Positions 9,727-18,415 of a DNA stretch of 39,382 nt are shown in pieces (within the stretch, counting starts at the first letter, position 1; the number at the start of each line of letters is the position of its first letter). The stretch comes from a virus. Taxonomy: Duplodnaviria > Heunggongvirae > Uroviricota > Caudoviricetes. The DNA is taken from IMG/VR virus record IMGVR_UViG_2923296884_000001, one strand, 5' to 3'. Under the pieces are notes generated by a model. The model did no database searches and had not been told where the DNA came from. It worked only from the letters and a program-made list of their open reading frames with translations. The position numbers were made by a program, and so were the translations under genes.

Positions 9727-10245
9727 TTGTTTCGTGAAAAATACAGAGTTGGTATAGGTAGGGATAAAAACGAAAACGTTGGTTTAGGAGAAGGCTCGGC
9801 GCTACCCGTTGGTGTGCCTGTTCCGTGGCCCACTGCCACACCGCCAGCAGGCTGGTTACAGTGCAACGGAGCTACGTTCACCAAAGAACAATATCCTGTT
9901 CTGGCCAGAGTCTACCCGACCCTCCGTCTTCCCGATTTGCGCGGTGAGTTTATCCGTGGATGGGACGGTGGTCGCAAGGTTGATACCGGGCGTACGGTAC
10001 TTTCATTTCAGGAAGGGACTATCGTATCCGGTTTTGATGATAATAATACCGGAGATATCAGTTCGCTCGGCTCTACACAATACGGATTTGGTGACGCTTT
10101 AACCTCTAATCAACTGGGGGTCATAAATGGCAAAAAGTGGATATTTGATGCATCCTCTAAAGGTGCACAAAGATATGACTGGTGGGCTTATGTATCAGCT
10201 CGCCCCCGCAATATCGCATTTAACTATATCGTGAGGGCGGCGTGA
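9727..10245 (+). CDS. alternative tail-fibre C-terminal cassette (Hv'), promoterless in the current orientation
   Basis: Opens inside the left inverted repeat with no plausible start of its own (ORF-track start is a TTG); ends ...RPRNIAFNYIVRAA, matching the conserved P2-type fibre C-terminus. Confidence 0.8.
   Translation: MFREKYRVGIGRDKNENVGLGEGSALPVGVPVPWPTATPPAGWLQCNGATFTKEQYPVLARVYPTLRLPDLRGEFIRGWDGGRKVDTGRTVLSFQEGTIVSGFDDNNTGDISSLGSTQYGFGDALTSNQLGVINGKKWIFDASSKGAQRYDWWAYVSARPRNIAFNYIVRAA
9765..9790. other. gix/hix-like crossover site (left)
   Basis: Reverse complement TTCTCCTAAACCAACGTTTTCGTTTT shares its first 17 nt with the right-hand site; resembles the 26-bp gix architecture with AAACC half-sites. 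Confidence 0.5.
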
Positions 10246-10251
10246 TACCGT

Positions 10252-10866
10252 TCAACTGGCAAGTGCCAGTGGTGCTTCCGGCCAGATGATTTCAGGTGCC
10301 GTGCTGATATCCAGTGCGTTCAGCTCGTCGATATAATCCAGCACGGCGTTCAGTTTTGCCGTTTCTTCTGGTGTCAGACTGCGACCAGCACGCAGTTTGA
10401 GGTTGATAAGATCGACGGACGCCATCGCCTGTTTCACCCGTTGCTGGCGTTGCTGTCTGGCAACCTCCAGTTCTGCGGTTCGCTGCCGTTCAGTATCGGT
10501 TACCCACGCCTCACCGTTCCAGGTATCCCATGGCGTGGCTGGCTGTTTTGTGGTGGTGTCCGCCGGGTAATCACCCGGTTGGGTAATCAGAACGGGGTTA
10601 CCGTTCTCCGTGCTGTATACCGTCTCGCCGCGGTGATCAGGCACATGCTCCCACCCGTTCAGCGTGGCAGTCCGGCAAACCACGTAACCCGAAATTGCCT
10701 CCGGCGGTGCATCGGCGCACGAATGTGCCGGAGTACCCACCCCAAGGGCGAGATACTCCACAGAGGATGAGGTGTATTCCCGGGTTTCCTCGTCATAGTG
10801 ATATACAGTGATATCGCCCGCTACAGTGGCGATACCGTTTTCATCCAGAACTGCAGTGTTACTCAT
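10252..10866 (-). CDS. tail fibre assembly chaperone (Tfa / P2 gpG-like)
   Basis: 204-aa ORF translationally coupled (TAATG) to the upstream fibre C-terminal ORF; variable N-terminal half and conserved C-terminal half typical of Tfa proteins. Confidence 0.85.
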   Translation of the reverse strand: MSNTAVLDENGIATVAGDITVYHYDEETREYTSSSVEYLALGVGTPAHSCADAPPEAISGYVVCRTATLNGWEHVPDHRGETVYSTENGNPVLITQPGDYPADTTTKQPATPWDTWNGEAWVTDTERQRTAELEVARQQRQQRVKQAMASVDLINLKLRAGRSLTPEETAKLNAVLDYIDELNALDISTAPEIIWPEAPLALAS

Positions 10867-11108
10867 TAAACTGCCCTCACAATGTAATTAAGTGCAATGC
10901 TACGGGGTCTGACAGTGATACCCTTCGCATACCCGCTTCTGATAGAGGTCAGAATAGTAGCCTGCATACCATTGTCTGACATTGCTATGACAGGATCGCT
11001 GAATGTTGTCCCGTCCGGCATTTTAAAGCTGCCCTCACGAAGGTCTGTAATGGAATCTTCATTGTTGAATCCCATGCCGACTATCCCGAGGTTCCCGTAG
11101 TGTCCTGG
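10866..11108 (-). pseudogene. distal part of the currently fused fibre C-terminus, in a different frame from H (frameshifted end)
   Basis: This frame is open from 11108 and ends ...RPRSIALNYIVRAV, the conserved fibre terminus, while the H frame stops at 11081; the two frames overlap at 11081-11108. Confidence 0.5.
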
Positions 11109-12688
11109 TTATAATAATCCAGCATTGCTGTTCTTAACAGCGTTGCCCCTTGTGCGGACAGCAACTTACGTCCTGTATCAACTTTGCGCCCGTCGTCCCA
11201 TCCACGGATAAACTCACCGCGTAAATCGGGAAGACGGAGGGTCGGGTAGGCTCTGGCCAGAACAGGATATTGTTCTTTTGTAAAGGCGCGCCCGTCGCAC
11301 TTTAACCAGCCTGCTGGCGGTGTGGCGGTGGGCCACGGAACAGGCACACCAACGGGTAGCGCCGAGCCTTCTCCTAAACCAAGGTAATTGAGGACATCTT
11401 TTATACTGCCCTTAGCGATAATAGCGCGACCAATAGCTGTAAGGGTTGCCAGCGCTGCGCGGTCTGCTCCGGTAAAATAAGGCAACCGATCTGCTGCAGT
11501 GGCAAGTCCTGCCAGAGCAGTGAGCGTGGCATCTGCCGGTTGTTTTCCGTTTGCCAGATCGTATGCAGCCTTGACCGCTTTCGGTGTGGCGGCCAGTATT
11601 TCAGACGTGCTGTTGGTGGCGCTACTGAGTTGAACAAGGCCTTTTCGTGCCGTAGTCGCATCCTGAGCGGTATATTTCCCGTTAGCCAGGTCATATGCAG
11701 CCTTAACCGCTTTCGGTGTTGCGGCCAGCGTTTCAGAGGTGCTGTTGGTGGCGCTACTGAGTTGAACAAGGCCTTTTCGTGCCGTAGTCGCATCCTGAGC
11801 GGTATATTTCCCGTTAGCCAGGTCATATGCAGCCTTAACCGCTTTCGGTGTTGCGGCCAGCGTTTCAGAGGTGCTGTTGGTGGCGCTACTGAGTTGAACA
11901 AGGCCTTTTCGTGCCGTAGTCGCATCCTGAGCGGTATATTTCCCGTTAGCCAGGTCATATGCAGCCTTAACCGCTTTCGGTGTGGCGGCCAGCGTTTCAG
12001 AGGTGCTGTTGGTGGCGCTACTGAGTTGAACAAGGCCTTTTCGTGCCGTAGTCGCATCCTGAGCGGTATATTTCCCGTTAGCCAGGTCATATGCATCCTT
12101 AACCGCTTTCGGTGTTGCGGCCAGCGTTTCAGAGGTGCTGTTGGTGGCGCTGCTAAGTTGAACAAAGCCTTTTGCGGTCAGCGAGGCGTCCGGGTGACGT
12201 CGTGACTGCTCGTGCTCTGATATTTTATCATCCACATATTTGCGGGTTGCCAGAACCACAGACGGGTCGATTTTCAGCGTGATGGCTTCGGTGTTCGTGA
12301 CAACCAGAATCATGCGGATAGTCTGGGTGCGTCCACTGCCTTCCTGCAACTGCGGTTTGTACGTTTCCGGGCAGTTTGCCACCGCAATGAGTACACCTTT
12401 ATCATCATAAAGACCAATCTCACGGATCCAGAATCCTCCCTCGCTTTCAGGGATGATTTGCTCCGCAATAATCTGGCTCTGATTGTTAGGGTCAACACTC
12501 AGAAGATTCAGCGGTGCAATGCGTTTCTGGTTAATCAGTTTTGTTTGTGCAGGGTCTGGTGTTGGTAACACACCATTTGCATCACCAACGGCCATTCGCG
12601 TCAGATTCAGCTTACTGCCGAGCATCGTCGCGTTAGCCAGTCGTGCCGCGCCCTGATTAGTCAGAATGGCGTAGTATTTCACTGTCAT
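11081..12688 (-). CDS. H: tail fibre protein H (constant part plus currently fused variable end)
   Basis: 535-aa ORF with a P2 gpH-like N-terminus, five tandem 44-aa repeats, and a C-terminal region that enters the right inverted repeat. Confidence 0.9.
   Translation of the reverse strand: MTVKYYAILTNQGAARLANATMLGSKLNLTRMAVGDANGVLPTPDPAQTKLINQKRIAPLNLLSVDPNNQSQIIAEQIIPESEGGFWIREIGLYDDKGVLIAVANCPETYKPQLQEGSGRTQTIRMILVVTNTEAITLKIDPSVVLATRKYVDDKISEHEQSRRHPDASLTAKGFVQLSSATNSTSETLAATPKAVKDAYDLANGKYTAQDATTARKGLVQLSSATNSTSETLAATPKAVKAAYDLANGKYTAQDATTARKGLVQLSSATNSTSETLAATPKAVKAAYDLANGKYTAQDATTARKGLVQLSSATNSTSETLAATPKAVKAAYDLANGKYTAQDATTARKGLVQLSSATNSTSEILAATPKAVKAAYDLANGKQPADATLTALAGLATAADRLPYFTGADRAALATLTAIGRAIIAKGSIKDVLNYLGLGEGSALPVGVPVPWPTATPPAGWLKCDGRAFTKEQYPVLARAYPTLRLPDLRGEFIRGWDDGRKVDTGRKLLSAQGATLLRTAMLDYYNQDTTGTSG
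11369..11394. other. gix/hix-like crossover site (right)
   Basis: TTCTCCTAAACCAAGGTAATTGAGGA: imperfect dyad of 12-bp half-sites around a central AA, at the outer edge of the right inverted repeat. Confidence 0.5.
11510..12170 (-). repeat. five tandem copies of a 132-bp (44-aa) coding repeat inside H
   Basis: Near-identical 132-bp units at about 11640, 11772, 11904 and 12036 plus a more diverged flanking copy; encode LVQLSSATNSTSETLAATPKAVKAAYDLANGKYTAQDATTARKG. Confidence 0.85.
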
Positions 12689-13293
12689 GCGTTTACTCTC
12701 AGATTATCAATTAAATGAATGGCCGGGGCAGGGAAATAATCCCCTTCGACAATAATGGACTCCGGGGTGTAGGGATAAACCGTCAGGGCGTCGCCGTAAT
12801 AGCATCCCGTACCAACGAAAATCTTTCCGTTCACACTCAGGCTGATCGCCAGCCCCGTCAGATGGCGACTTACTGGTTTTGCATCCGCAATAAGGCGCTC
12901 AAGTTCCTGATACATTTCATCGGTGATGCCCTGATCAAGTACTCCGACAACAATGCGAAATGTCCCAGGCTCCTCATTGAGTTGCCACCACTCCTTTACT
13001 TCAATCAGGTAGCCGAGAGGCTCCACGGCTCTTCGCAGTGCGCTGATGGTCCCTTTGTGTCGGTGTATCAGCCATGCATCACGAATTACCTGTCGCTTTG
13101 TCTCTTCCGGCCAGTTGCGATCCCAGCGGTCAACGGAAAACGCCCAGGCGAGATAAGGCAGCAGATGCACCGGGCAGGTGTCCGGCGACCACAACGTGTT
13201 GAGGTCTACCGGAATGTCTGTAATGCGTGTTCCGACGGCTTCGGCACAACGCATGAAATTGCTGGCTGATGGTGGTAACAACGAATTACTCAT
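12685..13293 (-). CDS. I: baseplate protein I
   Basis: P2 gpI-like ORF; start taken as the ATG at 13293 (MSNSLL..., SD AAGGTGGA); overlaps the J stop and the H start as in P2. Confidence 0.85.
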   Translation of the reverse strand: MSNSLLPPSASNFMRCAEAVGTRITDIPVDLNTLWSPDTCPVHLLPYLAWAFSVDRWDRNWPEETKRQVIRDAWLIHRHKGTISALRRAVEPLGYLIEVKEWWQLNEEPGTFRIVVGVLDQGITDEMYQELERLIADAKPVSRHLTGLAISLSVNGKIFVGTGCYYGDALTVYPYTPESIIVEGDYFPAPAIHLIDNLRVNA

Positions 13294-14182
13294 TGCGTCC
13301 ACCTTCGCTGATGGTGAATGACTCACAGCGCGCCGCCTGTATGTCGCTGATGGCCATATTCTGTGTGGGTTCGATTATCTCCACGCGTTGCACACCGTGC
13401 ACATGCAGTGCGGCAGCAATGGCGGACAACGCCACGTCCTGACCGATAAGCCCCTGCTCAGCCAGCCACTTCCTGAACGACGATTCAGCCGCCGCCAGAA
13501 TAGGTTCGGATTCCGGGCCGGGGTAAAAGTACAGTTTTGCATTCAGCCGCCATGTCACGATTCTGGCGCTCTGTACAGTAAGGCGGTCGGCCACCGGGCG
13601 GGTATCCTCTGCATTCAGAACGGCGCGAACGGTATTAAGCAACGCCTCCGTTGCTGTGCCGTCGCCTTCAGTGGACAGGATGGAAACCGTCACATTTGCC
13701 GGAGACGGACTGATAGCCCGCGCATCACGCACCAGACCGCTGGCGCTGCGGGCAAAATACTCGTATGCACCTGACGGGCCAGCAACACTCAGGCCATCGT
13801 ACGCCCGCTGCGCCCGCAGTCTCAGCGAGGTGTCACTTTCCATCACTGCGTCGGTGGTATCTGTTGCCGGAGTGATGGTCAGGCGCTTTGTGTTCATATT
13901 GCCCGCGAGGTTGTCCAGGTCTGTCCCGGCGCTGTGGCTTAACATGCAGGCGCGTGCCCCCTCATTGACCCGCTGGCGTAACAGCATTTCACGAAAAGAC
14001 ATGGTTTGAGCGATAACGTTCAGGGGTTCCGATTCCAGCTCCAGCGCGGCGGAGACGGCTTCACGCTGTTCGGCAGGATAGGACGCAATCATCATGGCCT
14101 TTGTGTCAGCCAGAATTGCCTCAAAATCAGGCTTCGCGATGATGGCGGGTTCCGGTAACTGGGAAAGGTCAACAGCAGGCAT
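13286..14182 (-). CDS. J: baseplate wedge protein J
   Basis: 298-aa ORF with P2 gpJ similarity and conserved position. Confidence 0.9.
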   Translation of the reverse strand: MPAVDLSQLPEPAIIAKPDFEAILADTKAMMIASYPAEQREAVSAALELESEPLNVIAQTMSFREMLLRQRVNEGARACMLSHSAGTDLDNLAGNMNTKRLTITPATDTTDAVMESDTSLRLRAQRAYDGLSVAGPSGAYEYFARSASGLVRDARAISPSPANVTVSILSTEGDGTATEALLNTVRAVLNAEDTRPVADRLTVQSARIVTWRLNAKLYFYPGPESEPILAAAESSFRKWLAEQGLIGQDVALSAIAAALHVHGVQRVEIIEPTQNMAISDIQAARCESFTISEGGRNE

Positions 14183-14185
14183 GAT

Positions 14186-14536
14186 TTACTCCCTCAGCGT
14201 GATGGTTAACTCAACATTCTGCATGGTCTGCATGACAGTGCCCGACAGCGTCACCCCGGCGCGGCCTCCTGCCTTCCAGACAACGTCGATGGCGTCCAGG
14301 GCAATGCGGGGTTCCCATCGTGTCAGCGCAATCACGGCAGCACTCATGCATTGCAGACGCGTGGTGTTATTCATGGGTTCGTCAATCAAATCAGGTACAA
14401 GGCTGCCATATTCCCGTCGCATAACCCGGCTGGCCAGCGGGGTGGTCAGGATGTCCCTGACTGACTGTTTCAGGTGCTCCGTATCGTTCAGGTTTCCCGT
14501 CCCGTCCGGATTCATTCCTGTGTAGCGGGTTGTCAC
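14186..14536 (-). CDS. W: baseplate protein W (gp25-like)
   Basis: 116-aa ORF between V and J with P2 gpW similarity. Confidence 0.88.
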   Translation of the reverse strand: MTTRYTGMNPDGTGNLNDTEHLKQSVRDILTTPLASRVMRREYGSLVPDLIDEPMNNTTRLQCMSAAVIALTRWEPRIALDAIDVVWKAGGRAGVTLSGTVMQTMQNVELTITLRE

Positions 14537-15114
14537 TGCGGGCCTCCTGTCGAATCGCTGCCACCTTTAACGCCACCGTGTTTATGCGTATGCACTGTGA
14601 TACCGTTTGAGGTGAAATTGCCGCCGCTGTGCGTGATATTGCCGCTCATCTTTCCCCCTTTTGTGACGTCAAGCGTCTCCGTTCTCAGAAGGTTTGTGCA
14701 TTCCACGACGGGCGTGTCCAGTTTCACGCTGACGGATGCCTGTAAAGTGGCCGTTTTCATGCCGCTGGCGCTCAGTGCGCCTGCGTCCGCGTCGTAGCGG
14801 AACACCGCGCCGTCCGGCGCGCTGATCACGATTTCTTTCAGGCTTTTGCCGGGGGCCGGACTGGCATCACTCCACAGGCTGCCAATTATCATGGCGGTTT
14901 CCGGGTTGCCGCCAATGCAGGCAATTACTACCTGTTCGCCTGGTGATGGCGGCAGCCACACATTGAAGGCTCCCGCGCGCGTGGTGTTCCAGCGCAGCCA
15001 GCCTGTTTCCAGTTCGCCGCTGCGAACGCGCACGCGCCAGGACTTCTCATCAACTTCAGAGATGATCCCGGTGCGGATGATATTGCTCAGCAGTCGCATG
15101 AGTTCTGCGCTCAC
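14533..15114 (-). CDS. V: baseplate spike protein V
   Basis: 193-aa ORF with P2 gpV-like spike features; start is the GTG at 15114 or the ATG at 15099. Confidence 0.88.
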   Translation of the reverse strand: MSAELMRLLSNIIRTGIISEVDEKSWRVRVRSGELETGWLRWNTTRAGAFNVWLPPSPGEQVVIACIGGNPETAMIIGSLWSDASPAPGKSLKEIVISAPDGAVFRYDADAGALSASGMKTATLQASVSVKLDTPVVECTNLLRTETLDVTKGGKMSGNITHSGGNFTSNGITVHTHKHGGVKGGSDSTGGPQ

Positions 15115-15746
15115 CGTACAGCCTCCGCAATCCGGCCCAGCACCGTGTTATAAATCAGGCGCTCATCTGCCTGGCTGATACCCAACAGCTCACGTACCGG
15201 GTAATCGGTGAAAATGCCCGGCGCAACCTGATCGCGCTCACCGAACTGATGAACGCGTGCAATACGTGCGGCCACGCCGCTGTAACCTACCGTCACACCG
15301 GAGGCATCTGCACGGGCTTTCAGGTAGCGGGCGGTGCGCAGTTTTACGAACATGGGGACGCGCTTTGTGCTGTCCTGGTTGATGCGCCGGGTGCGTATTT
15401 CCAGAAAACGGTCGATGTCATCCCGGTAAAACGTGCGGATATTGTTTTTATCCTCATCCCACCCGGTGATGGTTCGCCCGTATTTCCCCGTGTCGTGATG
15501 CCAGTTTTTCAGCGTGCGTGCTTCGTTATTCCAGATAAAGCGAATGCGTTCCTGTATCCGGGTTACGCGGCGTCTGCGTGGTGTCCACGCGGTCCCGTCC
15601 GGCGCTTTCTGTGACCGGATACGCGCCTGCTGGGCGCGGCGTAAATCCTGTGCCAGCTTTCTGGCGATGTTATTGATGGCCTGCTGATTCAGGCTGTCGC
15701 GGATGGCCTCAAAGGTTTCATCCACGCGGGTGAATGCCTTATCCAT
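15111..15746 (-). CDS. S: tail completion / virion morphogenesis protein S-like
   Basis: ORF in the P2 gpS position between R and V; longer (about 211 aa) than P2 gpS. Confidence 0.75.
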   Translation of the reverse strand: MDKAFTRVDETFEAIRDSLNQQAINNIARKLAQDLRRAQQARIRSQKAPDGTAWTPRRRRVTRIQERIRFIWNNEARTLKNWHHDTGKYGRTITGWDEDKNNIRTFYRDDIDRFLEIRTRRINQDSTKRVPMFVKLRTARYLKARADASGVTVGYSGVAARIARVHQFGERDQVAPGIFTDYPVRELLGISQADERLIYNTVLGRIAEAVR

Positions 15747-16206
15747 CGCTTTCACCCCACGTCACATCCTGGAATACATGCGACCAGTCGCCTTCGGAAG
15801 ATGGCAGGCGGGGTTTTGGCTCCGGCAGGTGTTCTGCCTGCGGTGTGCCCTGACTGTTGCGCGTGATGCGAACGCGTTCCCGCAGGGGGAGCGTAAACAG
15901 GAGATCGGCGCTGTCATCGTCATTGATAACGGCGGAGAATTTGATGTCCTGATTACGCTCAGGGTTGAGCAACAACTGTGGCTGATTTTCGGATAACCAC
16001 GCCAGCAGCGGCAGCGTGAGGTCGTCCAGCTCTCCGGCGTAATCCATGACAAACATCACCATCTGATAGCGGTAAACAAACGAGGGCGTTTCCCCGGTCG
16101 TTTCAATGTTGCCGCTCTCCACGAAAATGGTGAATTTCTCGGGATTAGCCTGGCACCACCGACACCCATGAAGCATGGACTCTCGCAGACTGTTTGTCTT
16201 AAACAT
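15739..16206 (-). CDS. R: tail completion protein R
   Basis: 155-aa ORF, same length and position as P2 gpR. Confidence 0.85.
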   Translation of the reverse strand: MFKTNSLRESMLHGCRWCQANPEKFTIFVESGNIETTGETPSFVYRYQMVMFVMDYAGELDDLTLPLLAWLSENQPQLLLNPERNQDIKFSAVINDDDSADLLFTLPLRERVRITRNSQGTPQAEHLPEPKPRLPSSEGDWSHVFQDVTWGESDG

Positions 16207-16229
16207 CTGTTTTGCTCTCCTGCTCTTCC

Positions 16230-18107
16230 TTATGCTGCGGGATTATTGATTTCCAGCACCAGGCTGCCGATATCGACGCCATACGTTGCATTTTTGGTAA
16301 TATCCGTCAGCGTCAGTGCATTCAGCCCCAGTGTCAGACTGTCTTTTATGACCTGGAATGCCGGGCCAACCAGTCCATTCAGTTTCGGAGTAACCGTGGC
16401 ACTGCCGGCGGTGAACACCAGCTCCAGCGTCTGCCAGTCGTTACTGTAATTCCCGAACTCGCCCAACTTTGTGTTTCCGGCTTTCTTGTGATGCATCAGA
16501 TTCAGTTTGCCGTCTGTGGTCTGGGTGAAGAACGACATCAGGAACGGGTTACCAGTCCCGGTCATCGCCACGACGTCAGGTAACGCTACATCGGTATACA
16601 GATAAATTCCCAGACCGAACTGGTTGTTGGTCAGTGCGCCTGACAGTCGAAACTTACAGCTCAGTCTGCCACCCCGTGTCAGCAGGGAGACTGCGTCATC
16701 CACCGGGCGCGTCAGGGACCAGGCTTTATTGCTCTGCTTGGCGATCTTAAATACACCATCTGACAACTGAATTCCGCCATTCTTAATGCTCCAGCCCTGC
16801 GCAGCAGCATCTCCGGCTGTCGGCAACAGGGAGATTGTGCGTACGGATGCATCTTCAGACGGCCCCGATGGCGTGTCGCCGCCGGGCGAGGGTTTGATTT
16901 CCGGTGCCTTACCACTGATGAAGGCTGAGGTGCGCCCGGCTGCGTTCAGAATAGCGGTTGCCATACGATCCGGAATAATGCTCCTGCGCGCCCATGAACT
17001 GAAATGTGTCGGGCGGTTTGATGATACCCAATTACCATTACTACGGGATTGCGCGCCGTAATAACCTGCATCAGCAATATCCGGGTCTTCTGCCGGTAAG
17101 TTGGTGGGCGTGTTGTTGCCGTTACCGTCGGTCATGAACGGCACAAAGAAAACGTTGTCGCTCTCCCTGTTTTTGTACGCGCCGTAGACGGAGTCATACT
17201 GTGTGCCGTATGTGTTTTTCCAGTAATACGTCGTGTCGCCACAAATCCACGGTACAACTGCAGCACTGCCGCCATGGCACTGCGCGTTAAATCCGGAAAG
17301 GTCAGTACGGAACTGCTTCAGCATGGCCGTGAACAGGTCCGGTTGCTGTGCGTAGGTGGCAGCGCTCATGTCAAATTCGCCCTGCATCCAGCACACCGCC
17401 AGCAACACATTTTTCGGGTTCTTCTGTAATGCCGCTTTGGTGCGTGCGATCAGGTCCTGATATAACGGTTTACCCACACCCCAGCGTGCCGAATCCTGGC
17501 TGGCCCCCGTGTCCGCACTGAATGTCCCCTCCGCGCCCTGGGTGAATGCCGAACCACCACGACAGCATGGTACCAGCAGGATCCCCGCGTTATTCGGGAT
17601 ATACGGAAGCAGTTTTTTGGCAATATGTAAGCCCTGGCCGACACAGCCGTACTGCCCTTTGCTCAGGTCTGCCTTCGGATGATTCAGTGCGCTCATATCC
17701 TGAACATCATGCAGGCAGTGGTCTGCCGGAATGATGTCGTTAAATGCGCATGCTTTACCACCGGGAGTCACTGTGTTGCGACGGGCCAGTTGCTTAATGC
17801 GTGGGTGGGGCGCATCGTAAGAATCCGGCAGCGGCATTCCCTCACCATATGACATGGCATTGGATTGACCAGCAAGTACCACCACGTAATACCACTCCGG
17901 CACGCTGCCGTGCTGGGGGGAATCAGGTGAGATGTCTGTAGTGCCATCGGCCACCATTGCCTGCATTAGATACCACGGGGTGCCGGGTTCGTAGGCAACC
18001 CGCGTCTCCCCCTGAAGATGCCACCCTTTCGCAAGATGTTCATTCACCTTTTGAGTCAGTTCAGCCTGTGTCATGGCTGTAATCAGTGCAAAGTTCTTAC
18101 TGGTCAT
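16230..18107 (-). CDS. SASA-domain carbohydrate esterase (sialate O-acetylesterase-like, NanS-p-like), 625 aa
   Basis: Contains VVVLAGQSNAMSYGEG (GQSN motif) and WMQGEFD, typical of the SASA esterase family, plus a ~300-aa C-terminal domain; start overlaps the o-spanin stop (ATGA). Confidence 0.75.
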   Translation of the reverse strand: MTSKNFALITAMTQAELTQKVNEHLAKGWHLQGETRVAYEPGTPWYLMQAMVADGTTDISPDSPQHGSVPEWYYVVVLAGQSNAMSYGEGMPLPDSYDAPHPRIKQLARRNTVTPGGKACAFNDIIPADHCLHDVQDMSALNHPKADLSKGQYGCVGQGLHIAKKLLPYIPNNAGILLVPCCRGGSAFTQGAEGTFSADTGASQDSARWGVGKPLYQDLIARTKAALQKNPKNVLLAVCWMQGEFDMSAATYAQQPDLFTAMLKQFRTDLSGFNAQCHGGSAAVVPWICGDTTYYWKNTYGTQYDSVYGAYKNRESDNVFFVPFMTDGNGNNTPTNLPAEDPDIADAGYYGAQSRSNGNWVSSNRPTHFSSWARRSIIPDRMATAILNAAGRTSAFISGKAPEIKPSPGGDTPSGPSEDASVRTISLLPTAGDAAAQGWSIKNGGIQLSDGVFKIAKQSNKAWSLTRPVDDAVSLLTRGGRLSCKFRLSGALTNNQFGLGIYLYTDVALPDVVAMTGTGNPFLMSFFTQTTDGKLNLMHHKKAGNTKLGEFGNYSNDWQTLELVFTAGSATVTPKLNGLVGPAFQVIKDSLTLGLNALTLTDITKNATYGVDIGSLVLEINNPAA

Positions 18108-18415
18108 TGTGTTACTCCCGTCTGGTGTGTCAGTTCGGCTATTCTCTTATCCAGTTCAGCAATGGCCCGTTTATCCGCGTTACAGGTTTCCAGTGCATCC
18201 AGAAGGCGGTCGCCCCATATTCCGAGGTTTCCCCATGTGGGTGGGTCAGGGAAGGGGGGAGGCGTTACCGGCATGGTCAGCGTCTGCGGTATAAGCCGGA
18301 CTGACGGCGCTGGCCCTGGCGCGTTCTGCGTGCCTGCGCAACCTGTCAGTAAAACGAGCGTCAGGCAAAGCGTGGGCGCATTCATCTTTTGCAATATCGT
18401 TGCGTAGCTGTTCAC
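18104..18415 (-). CDS. o-spanin (Rz1/LysC-like outer-membrane lipoprotein)
   Basis: Signal peptide with lipobox LLTGC, proline-rich mature part (PVTPPPFPDPPTW); ORF lies in another frame overlapping the 3' half of the i-spanin gene; start at 18415 or 18385. Confidence 0.65.
   Translation of the reverse strand: MNSYATILQKMNAPTLCLTLVLLTGCAGTQNAPGPAPSVRLIPQTLTMPVTPPPFPDPPTWGNLGIWGDRLLDALETCNADKRAIAELDKRIAELTHQTGVTQ

Larger units (their letters stand above)
9779..11381. other. invertible tail-fibre C-terminus segment (G-segment-like host-range switch)
   Basis: About 200-bp inverted repeats (9781-9990 vs 11170-11380) encode the same fibre peptide GLGEGSALPVGVPVPWPTATPPAGWL... on opposite strands; the invertase gene is adjacent. 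Confidence 0.75.

Noticed and set aside
11510-12170. Possible CRISPR array
   Set aside because: The repeats are 132-bp in-frame coding units with no spacers, inside a tail-fibre gene
11401-12205. Long ORFs of 254 aa (minus) and 221 aa (plus) overlapping gene H
   Set aside because: They sit on the 132-bp tandem repeat in other frames or strand and translate to repetitive low-complexity peptides; frame artefacts of the repeat
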